Assembly: GCF_000281045.1 (NCBI RefSeq)
Contig: NW_008246069.1
Coordinates: forward strand, 887,627-951,626
Direction: 5' to 3'
Origin: Saprolegnia diclina VS20
Lineage: Eukaryota
Length of the DNA: 64,000 bases
Below the pieces are notes generated by a model. The model searched no databases and was not told the origin of the DNA. It saw only the letters and a program-made list of their open reading frames with translations. Positions 11,766 through 22,641 of the stretch are shown in pieces (positions within the stretch are counted from its first letter, which is position 1; each line of letters starts with the position of its first letter). Made by a program: the position numbers and the translations under genes.

Positions 11766-12191
11766 NNNNNNNNNNNNNNNNNNNNNNNNNNNNNNNNNNN
11801 NNNNNNNNNNNNNNNNNNNNNNNNNNNNNNNNNNNNNNNNNNNNNNNNNNNNNNNNNNNNNNNNNATGCAAAATCCACTACCTCTAGTCACTTGTGCCCT
11901 GGCAGACTAACGATAAACATATTTGTACACAGTCCAGTACTCGTATCACACACGGCGCATTGGGCGCCACTGCCATCCAGGAGGTGCATGGTGGCGCATC
12001 TCTTTGATGGCGCCTTGGGTCTTGGCGACGAGGGCCATTCCATTGCCATCGATGTGGTCGCGCGTCCCCGCCCCCACTCTGTTGTCATTTGCTTCGCGCC
12101 CACGACTGCGACGCAACGAAAGAAAGGTACCACGCCAAAAACTACTACGAAAGAAATGCTGTATCCTCAAGATAGTGATATAAAGAGGGGA

Positions 12192-14511
12192 CTAGTACAA
12201 GACTGTGGCTAGCAAGATGATGACGGCGCCGCTCAATGACACCGCGATGGAAGATGACGGTACTGCAGGAGTTGACGTCGGTGTTACCGTGACAGTGACT
12301 GGCAGCGTGATTGTGATCGTTTTAGGCGCAAGTGTGGCGTTCGTGGCATTCCGAGTGACAGCCGGCGCTGATGTTGTCACGTTGAACGTGGTCGGCAATG
12401 GCGTTGTCGCATCGTCCTGAGGGGCTGATGTGATTGCACTCGACGTTGGTGCTGGCTCCGTCGCGGCACTTGAAGAAGCACTTGGCTCGGGCGTCGGCAG
12501 CGAGTCCAAAACGGGCGTTGGTTCTGGCTGCGTGCTCGGTTGGGGCTCCGTACTCGGTTGGGTCTGCATGCTCGGTTGGGGCTGCGTGGTCGGTTGGGGC
12601 TGCGTGGTCGGATGGGGCTCCGTGCTCGGTTGGGGCTGCGTGTTCGGTTGGGGCTCCGTGCTCGGTTGAAGCTGCGTGGTCGGTTGAAGCTGCGTGGTCG
12701 GTTGAGGCTGCGGGTTTGGTTGCGGGTTCGGTTGAGGTTGCGCACTCGGCTGGGGCTGCGGATTGGGCTGCGGGTTGGGCTGCGGGTTCGGTTGCGGGTT
12801 GGGCTGCGGATTGGGCTGCGGATTGGGCTGCGGGTTGGGCTGCGGGTTGGGTTGCGGGTTGGGCTGCGGGTTGGGTTGCGGGTTGGGCTGCGGATTGGGC
12901 TGCGGATTGGGCTNNNNNNNNNNNNNNNNNNNNNNNNNNNNNNNNNNNNNNNNNNNNNNNNNNNNNNNNNNNNNNNNNNNNNNNNNNNNNNNNNNNNNNN
13001 NNNNNNNNNNNNNNNNNNNNNNNNNNNNNNNNNNNNNNNNNNNNNNNNNNNNNNNNNNNNNNNNNNNNNNNNNNNNNNNNNNNNNNNNNNNNNNNNNNNN
13101 NNNNNNNNNNNNNNNNNNNNNNNNNNNNNNNNNNNNNNNNNNNNNNNNNNNNNNNNNNNNNNNNNNNNNNNNNNNNNNNNNNNNNNNNNNNNNNNNNNNN
13201 NNNNNNNNNNNNNNNNNNNGGCTGAGGTTGCGGGCTCGGACTAGGGTTAGGTTGCGGTTGTGGTTGCGGGCTTGGCGCCGGTGCCTTGGTGGCCGGCGTT
13301 TTGCACGTGAGCGCTTGACCAACGCACTCGGCGACCGCGCAAACATCGCTCGCGAACGGAAGCGTGCACACCATCCAGCAGTCGATGCCTTGCTGCTCCG
13401 ACTGCTTGACGCAGCACTTTTCGGCCTTGCAGTCGTCGGCTGTGTGTTCGTTGTTACACTGAAACATGCACTCGTCCTTGGTCTTGGAGCAAGACGGGCC
13501 GGGTGCCCAAATGCCCACGGTGCACGCGCCGTCCATGGCGACAAGGCTGCGACCGATGGGGCACGCCAACGACGCAATGCCGCTGTCTTCGTTGCGCAAG
13601 TGGCGCGCGATCGATTGGCCATACGCATCAAACGTCATGCCCGTGTTGGCCATCTCCACGTGGCCCTGAAGCAGCAGCATGCGCCCCGAGAAACCGCGCA
13701 GCACCGACGACGGCGCATTGCGCGGCATAATCATCCCATGAAGGACGGCGGGAAACGCATGGCCAAAGTTGCCCCAGTCGCGCAAGCCCTGGCCGACCAT
13801 GATGACAAGCTCGTCGTCGCGTAGCACCGGCCGGACGCGTCGATTGTGTTCGGCCGCGAGTTCGATCACGAGACCTGCGTCAGGGTTCGGGTCCGGAATC
13901 GCAACGACCGAGCCGTCCGGTTGGCGATCGTAAAAGAGAGGCGCCGACGTGAGCAAGAAGAGACCGTTGTCCGTGTGCATCTCGAGGGACAAATCGTCAT
14001 CATTCTTTGAAATCGTCTGGTTGGTCGATGGGTTGGCGTAGCCGTGAAAGTGGTCGAGGTGCTTGCCATCCGCGACAACGGCAGCAAGGGGCGTCGCTGC
14101 CGCCGTCGCATTCGCATCGAGGGCCACGGCCACCGTGCGCGCGGTTGCGTCCAAGAGCGTACTGTAGGCATCGTACGCAGCTGCGTACGTCGGGCACTGC
14201 GCTCGAAGCGCCTCGGAAACGCCGTCGTGGACACTGGTGCTAAATGTCTGTTTCTCTGTGAGATCCCGGAGCTGCTTGTAGAGGCGGTCGGCGAGCGGCA
14301 CCGGCGACGAGAGGCAAGCGGCGGCCGAAGCCATGTAGGCCTGGCGGGTCGACGCAAACTGCGGGATGTTGCGGATGGCGGCAATGCCGTTGGCTTGAAG
14401 AAGGGCCACGAGACCGCTCGGTGCGTTGATGTCGACCGACGGAAGCGTATACGACGGGTACTCGCTGGCGACGACGGCCGCGACGGTCCATGCAGCGACG
14501 AAACCTCGCAT
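12192..14511 (-). CDS. Secreted oxygenase-like family member D: oxygenase fold, Cys-rich domain, (PQPN)n stalk, S/T-rich linker and GPI-like hydrophobic C-terminus
   Basis: MRGFVAAWTVAAVVA signal. HLDHFHGY, MHTDNG, VLHG and RGFSGR are conserved with member B. GIDCWMVC and PQPN repeats span the gap. The protein ends SSSIAVSLSGAVIILLATVLY-stop. Confidence 0.8.
12525..13270 (-). repeat. Coding tandem repeats: 12-nt (PQPN) and 18-nt (PQPSTE/PQPTTQ) units, interrupted by a gap
   Basis: GGGCTGCGG(G/A)TT units at 12750-12913 and 18-nt units at 12525-12710. Confidence 0.92.
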
Positions 14512-16670
14512 TGCGTGTGTTGGTTTGCTGGCAAATGTGCGAATGGCGGGATCACCAATCACCTCCAAAGGTGAAGCGACACGGCACGCTTCTGGATGGT
14601 AGAACTGGGTGGCCAAATGGAGCCTTTGCACCAAGCCTTTTACAAGCCCGAGGAAAATCGTCCTCCACTTGTTCTGGCTGGCAGAGCTCTGCAAGGTGCC
14701 CGTCTGCATAATTACATGCGTATCGGCACGACGAGCATCGCAGCGCCATGGACGGTGCCGACAGTGTCCCGAGATGAGTGCGTGGTCGGCTCGCCCATGA
14801 CCTGCAACACCTGTCCGACCTTGCTGCAATTGTTGAATGTGCGAAGTTCGAAGATGAAAATAGGTGGACCGTCCCAGGTGAAGCGTATTTTTGTGACGGC
14901 TTCGCACCACAAGCGTGCACCGCCAGAGCGAGCGACACGGGTCCTTCCTTTCCAGTTGGGCCCTTTCGTAACAGCCACGGAGATTGTGTAGTTGCATCTA
15001 TAACTAACTTGGCTTGGCTTTGACGTCCAGACTTGTCAAACAAGGCTATTCAAGAAATCCAAAACGAGAACAAAACATTAGCACTTGGCAGCACATCGCG
15101 CGCTACACGGCCGAGAAGATATAACGTTGTTGCCTCGGTCATTGGTCCAATCGTAGCCGCAGCTCCGACCGACGTCGCAACTGCATTTGAGGCGGTCCAG
15201 CCAGCACCACATGCTTTGCGCGCAGCGGACGTCAGCCTGGCCGCAGCACGGCGACGGCTTTCATCGACGCGACTGGCTCGCCACTGCTGTGCGCCGAGCA
15301 GCCAAACCGGCGGAACGGAAAATGTGGCCGAGGCAACCAACGACCAGGAGCAAAATATCGACGCCGAGTGCCGCAGCGTCCTCAAACGATGCACCAGGCC
15401 ATGAAATCAGGGTCTCGNNNNNNNNNNNNNNNNNNNNNNNNNNNNNNNNNNNNNNNNNNNNNNNNNNNNNNNNNNNNNNNNNNNNNNNNNNNNNNNNNNN
15501 NNNNNNNNNNNNNNNNNNNNNNNNNNNNNNNNNNNNNNNNNNNNNNNNNNNNNNNNNNNNNNNNNNNNNNNNNNNNNNNNNNNNNNNNNNNNNNNNNNNN
15601 NNNNNNNNNNNNNNNNNNNNNNNNNNNNNNNNNNNNNNNNNNNNNNNNNNNNNNNNNNNNNNNNNNNNNNNNNNNNNNNNNNNNNNNNNNNNNNNNNNNN
15701 NNNNNNNNNNNNNNNNNNNNNNNNNNNNNNNNNNNNNNNNNNNNNNNNNNNNNNNNNNNNNNNNNNNNNNNNNNNNNNNNNNNNNNNNNNNNNNNNNNNN
15801 NNNNNNNNNNNNNNNNNNNNNNNATGAAATGAAGGTGGCTGTGGCCGTCGCTTCGTTGACGATAGTACTGAGCTTGGCGCGTACCAAGCACCGACTCGCC
15901 CATGTGGACAATCGTAGTTATTATTATTCTTGGAGGATGGATGTGGCTATGGGAATACGTTCTGCACTCCGTCTGAGATAAAGTGCTCTTAGGCGTCTCC
16001 GCCGCCTCGTTGCCGGCGCCATACTCATGCGTGTCATTGTCGAGCGCGCGCAAAAGCATCAAGAATAAAACAGTGCAATTTCGTACAGCTGTTTTATACA
16101 ATTGCAAGATGAAGCATAAAAAACTATTGATGTGTTTGATTCATCCGTGCTCCACACTGTTATAAACGGTATAAAACAGTCTATCCAATATGGCGCCAAC
16201 GACACACGGCACAAAAGCCTCGTGGCCGGCGTGTCCTCCGCTGCGTCCCCGCCAGCCGCCTACTACTCCCTACGCCACACGCGCGTCCTGGCGTGACGCG
16301 CACTAACAGGCAGCGTTACGGGATGCGGTCTCAACACGCTCTTGGCAAGCCGATGACATTCTGGCTACACTGCGACATTGAAGCCTCAGGGTGTGGAAAT
16401 TCCACACCATGCATTTGTTTCAAGCGTTCCACAGTGGAACGCTTGAAACAAATGCAGGATCGCACTAGTGCAAAAGGCGACGCCAATCTTCATGCTGGCA
16501 TGAGTCGAGCTGTTAGGCTTGCGAGCGTTCTCCTTTCAGCAATTGTGGTGAGCATGTGCAGCACGGTGTCGCGGCGGCTGGGAACCCAGGCGCGGCCACG
16601 TCGGCCTACACGAGAGGCAGCATATACTTGGGCCCGAAGTCGCGCGTGGGTCAAAAGACAAAGCCTCGCT

Positions 16671-17500
16671 TCAGCCGAGGAGGGCGTCGATGACGTTGTC
16701 GGGGATCGCACACGCAGGATGCGCCACGCAGGTCTCAATCGGGTTCGTTAGCGTCCACTCGTCATCTTCATCCCCGCTGTCTGGCATGGCATCGTCAAAC
16801 TCGGTGAGGAAGAGGTCGTAGACGCCGTGGCCAAGAGCACATCGGCAACGTGCGCGTCCCACGTCTGCAGCGCATCAAAGGCGAGTCGTTCGCCGCCGTC
16901 AAGAAGCAAATAACCAAGTCGATGCTGCTCCACCCGTGGGGCTGCCGCGATCGCGGCAAAGGTGACAATCGCGTCGCGTTGAGACGGCGGTGACGTCGAC
17001 ACGCTCGTCGGCAGGTGCGGGATGCAAGACGAGTGCGATGCGCCACCGCTCGTGATGGGCGCTGACGTCGTCAACATGAGCTCGCCGCCGTAGTGCAGCG
17101 AAGGCAGGAAGAGAATGAGGGCGCCAAATGTGTGTAGGCGCAGAGCTCTGCATCGCAAGCAGTGCATCGCCGCTCCCGTGACATCGACCACGAAACACAT
17201 ATGTGGATGGCGTCGTCCAGCCCGAGGTTGGTGCGGACTTGATCGATGAGACTCTTGCCCGCGTCGTGCCACCACACGTCACTATTGTCGTTGCTACGCG
17301 GGAATCGCGTTGCAGTCGCCACAGAGAGCAGTGAGCTGCTGCACTTGCTCGTCCGAAAGGAGCCAAGCGAGGACGCCATTGACGCGGAGCAAAGGAGCTT
17401 CGTTGTCATCCAAGGTTTGGTGCTTGAGGAGGTACTTGGTGAGCTGGACCTCCGGGATCGCATCGTCGTATAAATCGTAGTAGTAGGGCGACTCATGCGT
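16671..17500 (-). pseudogene. Degraded prolyl-hydroxylase-like 2OG-Fe(II) dioxygenase of the fungal/oomycete 'FGTLVVxLPSxHxGGEL' type
   Basis: Family-like blocks are spread over different frames with a stop at 17294: PLLRVNGVLAWLLSDEQVQQL, TFGALILFLPSLHYGGELML, RLGYLL...LAFDALQTWDAHVADVLLAT and HPACAIPDNVIDAL. No HxD motif precedes the FG block. Confidence 0.6.
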
Positions 17501-17664
17501 TGCCACGATCGCGCGCTCCCCAGGTGTGCTGTGCTGCCACGAGTGCTGCACGAGACAGGATTCCGGATAGAGTGGAATATCCGTACTGGAGACGTATGGT
17601 TTCCAGGATAGTGTATCAAACACTGTTTTGTACACTGGCGTGAATCGTGAAAAAACTTGAAGCC

Positions 17665-18087
17665 ATGGCGGCGAGCAGCTGGGACGAAGGGAGCCTCCCG
17701 TGGGCCACATTCGTCGAGGACCTGCGCGTGGTTGGGCCGCATGGCCCTATGTTTGCTGGCATCATCGTCTTCAACCCCCAAGGTATCGTGCTCCACGAAG
17801 AAGGCTGGTTCAACACGACGGACGCGGCCTCCAAGATCACGCTCTTTGCGGCGTCGACGGACGACGCCATGGCCAGCTCGACGATCGCACTCGGCAGCGA
17901 TACGTTCCAAGTCGTGCGAAACGACTTTGGCAATCTCGGGGCTGTTGGCCGCCACCAGCGCACGGGGCTGCTCACGCAGCGGAGCCGGGTTGGCGTCGTG
18001 GCGACCGTCATCGCGTGGCCCTACCGCCTGCCGACGACATGGGCGACGATGGAAGCCTTTGGGCATCGCCTCCGGTCGGCTTCGTAG
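17665..18087 (+). CDS. Divergent profilin-like protein (140 aa)
   Basis: WATFVEDL, AGIIVFNPQGIV, IALGSDTFQVVR, GLLTQRSRVGVVA and MEAFGHRLR align in order and spacing with profilin elements WxxYVD, AAIxGxDG, LGGxKYMVI, GxxxxKT and ERLGDYL. Confidence 0.7.
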   Translation: MAASSWDEGSLPWATFVEDLRVVGPHGPMFAGIIVFNPQGIVLHEEGWFNTTDAASKITLFAASTDDAMASSTIALGSDTFQVVRNDFGNLGAVGRHQRTGLLTQRSRVGVVATVIAWPYRLPTTWATMEAFGHRLRSAS

Positions 18088-18167
18088 GATATCCTTTCAG
18101 AAGCACGTAAAATATTAATTTAAAGTGGTAGAATAGTACGGATCGACTTGGGCGATCGTGGTGGTTC

Positions 18168-18653
18168 TTAAAGCTGAACGTCGTCCAGGGCGTGGCCGCC
18201 GGAGGGGACGAGGCTTTGCACGGACGCGTCGCTCGCTGTGGGCTCGTCGACTTGGGACGCACGTCGTTCGAGGAAGGCCTCGGGGTACACGACAGCTCGC
18301 GTGCTCTGGCTGAGCTCGTTCTCGACGGCGGCGTACATCCAGCGGTAGTCGACAGGCTTGTCTTCGAGTTTCGACGGCTGCGGTGCTTCCCATAGCAGAA
18401 TCTCATCGTCGTTCGCATCGTCGTCGTCTTCGTCGTCGGTGGTGTAGGCGCTGTCGGGGCTCGGCAGATCAAACTCGTCAAAGGCCGCGCCAAGGAACCG
18501 GCCGGGGGCAACGTACGGAAGCTTCTTTGCGCTCGTGATTGCATGCGGCTTGGGCTGGAGCGCAGCTGCGAGCACATTCGACATGGCATATAGCTTTCGG
18601 TGCAGCCACGTATTGGTCGTCGTCGGACTCGTCTTGATCGGGGCGCGCAGCAT
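18168..18653 (-). CDS. Hypothetical protein with acidic tract (161 aa)
   Basis: GC-rich ORF MLRAPIKT...DDEDDDDANDDE...DVQL with AT-rich flanks. Confidence 0.6.
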   Translation of the reverse strand: MLRAPIKTSPTTTNTWLHRKLYAMSNVLAAALQPKPHAITSAKKLPYVAPGRFLGAAFDEFDLPSPDSAYTTDDEDDDDANDDEILLWEAPQPSKLEDKPVDYRWMYAAVENELSQSTRAVVYPEAFLERRASQVDEPTASDASVQSLVPSGGHALDDVQL

Positions 18654-19522
18654 GGCAATTGCGAAATGACCTGGCGGCTTCAACGCGCTATGTAATATTT
18701 CACATACTTTAAATGCCAACTAATAATGATATGTGTATCCTGGTATCGAACACGACGAAATCCCATTTTAATTGGTTAACGCGCGCGTCTATCAAATACA
18801 CATCTGATTCGCGTTAGCAACAGCGCGTTGGTCTTTGCAGTTGCATCCGAGCAAGTTATGGTGGCATCCGCCGGGGCACCACCGCCAGTGGTACAGTACG
18901 GGCGCTGTACTCGAGCGCTGCCGCGAGTATAGAGGTGCGTGGGGAACGATGACGTCGTAAGTGCATCGCTTAATGCGATGAAGCGGCCAGCGATAGCGAG
19001 GACGACTTTGTGGGTCGATCCCAGCGATCACAACGTGTCGCGGTTGCAACGCCCGTGCAACGGCGACATGATCTGCCATATTGCCATGCAGCTGCGACTG
19101 CAAAGCACGGGCTGCTCAGTTCCGTTCGGCCTGATCGAACACAACGATGCCAGCTGACGATGGTACCCGCATCTAACAGCATCGAGCATCTCTTGCATCT
19201 TCAGGTCATTAACGCAGGGCCGTCAACAACTGGTGATAGAGACGACGCTGCAGTCGCAGAGATCGCTGCTGCTCAGTAGGAGGGTGCTATGACCGGGTGG
19301 CAGCGCACCAAGCAGGCTGCTGAGGGAATCTGCAGCGTTTGTGCGCGCTTCCTGATGGGTTCACGAGTGACGACGTCATGGACCGGCTTCCACCCCCAAG
19401 TAGCCATCGCCGGAAGGCGATGGGCGGAGCCGGGACCCGACGTGCCCCGGGGTCACGCAACGTTGGTGCGGTCGTCATTGGATTAGGTAGGATTCTGAGA
19501 AGCGAGCGACGATGCGCGCTAG

Positions 19523-20025
19523 TTACGGCGAAGCCTGGAGGCTTTGGAGCTGGTTCTTGAGGTAGTTGCGGGTGAGGAGGCGAAGCATGGTCCCGCCGCA
19601 GCAAAGGACGATGCTGGTCTGCGTCGGATCGTACTTGACGACCCATACAACGAGCGTGTTGGCCGTGTTCTTGGCGTCCGGGATGAAGCTCACCATGGCT
19701 TTGTAGCCGTGAAAGAACCAGCCGCGGCTCGCGAGCTCGTAGTGCACGCTTCCGATGCGGTCGCTCTCGTTACCTTGGTCGGGCGGCGCAAGCACGCTTA
19801 GCTTCTCCGTGCCTTGGTAGCTCGACCGCGTCGCGCCGACCTATTCGAGGATGAAGATCGAGGCTGGATCGCCGAGCCTACCAGGGCAGGGCCGCCCCAG
19901 CATTGCCGCAGCCATAAGGCGTAGGCTTCGGCGGCTGGTATCCGCAGAAGCACGCTGACCTCGACCTCTTGGCCATCGGCCATCAAGAAGCTCTCGGCCC
20001 GCGCGCGGTTCAAATACCGCTCCAT
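19523..20025 (-). CDS. Hypothetical protein, possible SRPBCC/START-like fold; multi-exon, 3' end uncertain
   Basis: VSVLLRIPAAEAYALWLRQCWGG...SVHYEL...YKAMVSFIPD...TLVVWVVKYDP followed by a C-terminal helix, a Bet v1-like pattern. The frames need joining near 19800-19880. Confidence 0.45.
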
Positions 20026-20292
20026 GGCACTTGCGCGATGGGTCGTTGGATGGAAAATAGGCATTGTCCTAAATTGCAAACTTCAACCAGGCATCTCGTT
20101 GGATCGCGCCCCGTATCGTAAAACGCACTATTCCATACAAATATAAGGTAAAACGTAAACTATCCAAATATAAAATCCAATAAGGTGGTGCTATCAAAAC
20201 CCCTTGTACTCCAATTCGGATTGTTCCGAAAGCAATCGACTTGGCGTCCGCCCCACACACAACAGTATCCAAGAAAGGCAACACGAGCAAGC

Positions 20293-20727
20293 ATGGCGAC
20301 GCCAGCCTACGACCGCAACAACATCTTCGCCAAGATCATCCGCGGGGAGATCCCGAGCTACAAGGTCTTTGAGACCGAGCACGTGCTCGCGATCCTCGAC
20401 GCCTTCCCGTGCACAGCGGGCCACTGCCTCCTCATCCCCAAGGCCGAGGGCTACGCGACGATCCTCGACATGCCGCCGGCGCTCGCGGCGCAGCTCTTCC
20501 AGGAGCTGCCGCGCCTGGCCAAAGCTGTGCAAGATGCATTCCAATGCGACGGTATCAACATTGTCCAGAACAACGGCGGTGCCGCGGGCCAAGTCGTCTT
20601 CCACACGCACATCCACGTCATTCCGCGCTATGAAGGCGACAACCTCATTCGCCTTCCGGGCGGCAAGGAGATGATCCACAAGAGCGAAGCGGACACGGTC
20701 CTCGCGCAGATTCAGGGCTGCCTCTAA
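20293..20727 (+). CDS. HIT (histidine triad) family nucleotide hydrolase, HINT-like
   Basis: NIFAKIIRGEIP, GHCLLIPK and AGQVVFHTHIHVIPR (HxHxH triad). Confidence 0.95.
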   Translation: MATPAYDRNNIFAKIIRGEIPSYKVFETEHVLAILDAFPCTAGHCLLIPKAEGYATILDMPPALAAQLFQELPRLAKAVQDAFQCDGINIVQNNGGAAGQVVFHTHIHVIPRYEGDNLIRLPGGKEMIHKSEADTVLAQIQGCL

Positions 20728-20793
20728 AGCAACGCCATTGTGGTTCCATGTATCCTACTACATACGGCCGTGTGCTATTAGTTGGGGTACCGA

Positions 20794-22426
20794 CTAGAGA
20801 TTGGTGGTCGGTGGTCGCGACGGGAACGCTGGCACAAAACGTGGCATGGCCGGACCGCTTACAGAAGCGGTGGCCTCGGTAATGAACGGCGTCTGGAGCG
20901 CGTCGTCCTCGACGGCGGCCGTCCCCTCGAAGAAGCCTTGCATGCTGTTGATCTTGCCAAAGAGCAGGCGCAGCACACGCTCGCGCTCCTCCCAGGTGAG
21001 TGCACGCAAATCAACTTTCTCCTTGCACCCAAACGACGCATTGTTGCTCGTCGTTGCGGGGTGCACGTGCTTGAGGCGCGGGAACTTGAGCCCTCGCTCG
21101 GCGGCTGTCTAATACGACTCGCAATGTAGGCGACGCAGATGTCAGTCGTACAACGTACAAGCTTGGCGTCTTGGCGCTTCTCGACCTCGATGGCTTTTCG
21201 CCGCTCGTCCACGAGCTGCTCCTTGACAATGTCGAGCGAGTCGAGGAAGAATTGCTCGACCTATTGCAGCTCAACCTCAAAGCTCCGATACGAATGTCTG
21301 CCTACGTCAGTGCGCTGGTCCAAAATGGTCTGTGCAAGCCGCTTCATCGTCCGCAACTCTTTGTTTTTGAGTTTGAGCAGCTTCCGTAGTCCGTCCGCAT
21401 CCAAGCTCACGTCGTCGAGCTAGGACTCCATAAAGTTGAGCGGTAGGACCATACGGGTGCGTACCTCTTTCTCAGTCTTGATGGTCAGCGCGTGCTTCTC
21501 CTTCTCAAACGTGCTCACGACTTGACTGAGCGACTTTTCTAGCGTCTTGACTTTGGCTTGCAGCTGCTTGATTTCGCGCGTTTGGCGCTGGCCGTACTTG
21601 GCGTACTCCTGCTCCTTATCCGCGTGCAATTGGAGCTCTCGCTGTAGCGCCTTGGTCTGCTCAACGAGTTTGTCCTTCTCGCGCTGGAGTTCGTCGGTCA
21701 TTTGGAGCTGGAATCGCAGCTCGTCGCCCATGCGTTTGTTGTCCGTGACGATCTTGCGCGTGTCGGCGTCGAGAATGTTGCGCGCATCTTCGCGGGACTG
21801 CTGTTTGATCTTCTCGATGCGCTTCTCCGTGTCCTTTTGGGCGCGCGCCTTCTCTTCCAAGAACTTGCGCTCCAAGACCGACACCGCGTCCTTGTGGGCT
21901 ACCCGCTCGGACTCGAGCGCGTCCGTGACCGCGTTGAGCTTCTTCTCGAGCGTCTCGCGCATGTCGCGGAACACCTCGAGCTTGGAGAGGTCTTCCTGCG
22001 CAATCTTGAGCTTGGACGACAGCGTCGACTCGAGCGATCGGTTGGTCTCTTTGAGCTGCTTGGTTTCCGAGTCGTACTTGGTGTGCCAGGCTTCGACGTC
22101 GTCGGTGTGGCGCTGCTTGGTGTCGTTGAGCTCTTCCGTGAGCTTGGCCGCAATCTAGCATTCTCCATGGCGTACATATCGGCACATGCTGCACAAACCT
22201 TTTCGCGCGTCCCAAGCTCGCGCTGGAAGTAGGCGACGAACTCGTGGATCTCCTTCTCGCCCTTGGCATGGAGAAAGCGGAGGTTCTCGTTCTCGGCTTG
22301 GAGCTCTTCGATGCGCTTGGCGAGCAGCTCAGCCTTGGACGCCTCCACTTGGCGGTTGAAGGACTCGATTGCAACGAGGTTGGCTTCCTTTGTATCCTTG
22401 GCGTCCTTGGCCTCCTTGGACGCCAT
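20794..22426 (-). CDS. BBOF1: Basal body orientation factor 1 (CCDC176)-like coiled-coil protein
   Basis: Long coiled coil, LERKFLEEKAR, and the C-terminal signature VDLRALTWEERERVLRLLFGKIN. Four short introns. Confidence 0.75.
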
Positions 22427-22641
22427 GGTGCTGGTCAATGCAGTCTCAAGCTGCCAGCTAATTTTGGCGACCACAACATCCGGATCCGGATACCAAGGGC
22501 TTTCAACAACCGCACTGTGATTGGCCATTTAATCAGCCATATTGCTCGTCTTTTTATCCAATCCAATGCCTGATATCTTGCATGCCCGCAGCGATTGGAC
22601 AATAAGGACCGTATTGCTAAATCCAAGCATCGACCGGAGAC

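Noticed and set aside
12525..12913. Regular short repeats that could suggest a CRISPR array or telomere-like tract
   Set aside because: There are no unique spacers, the units are multiples of 3 and encode the PQPN stalk, and the context is eukaryotic.
16028..16075. Weak similarity to 28887-28925 (TGCGTGTCATTG...GAATAAAAC...CAGTG)
   Set aside because: Too short and gapped to distinguish from chance without a genome-wide search.
9817..16107. Long ORFs in the track that run through N stretches (e.g. 684 aa, 504 aa, 366 aa, 264 aa)
   Set aside because: They are artefacts of translating gaps as X or antisense shadows of repeat-coding genes.
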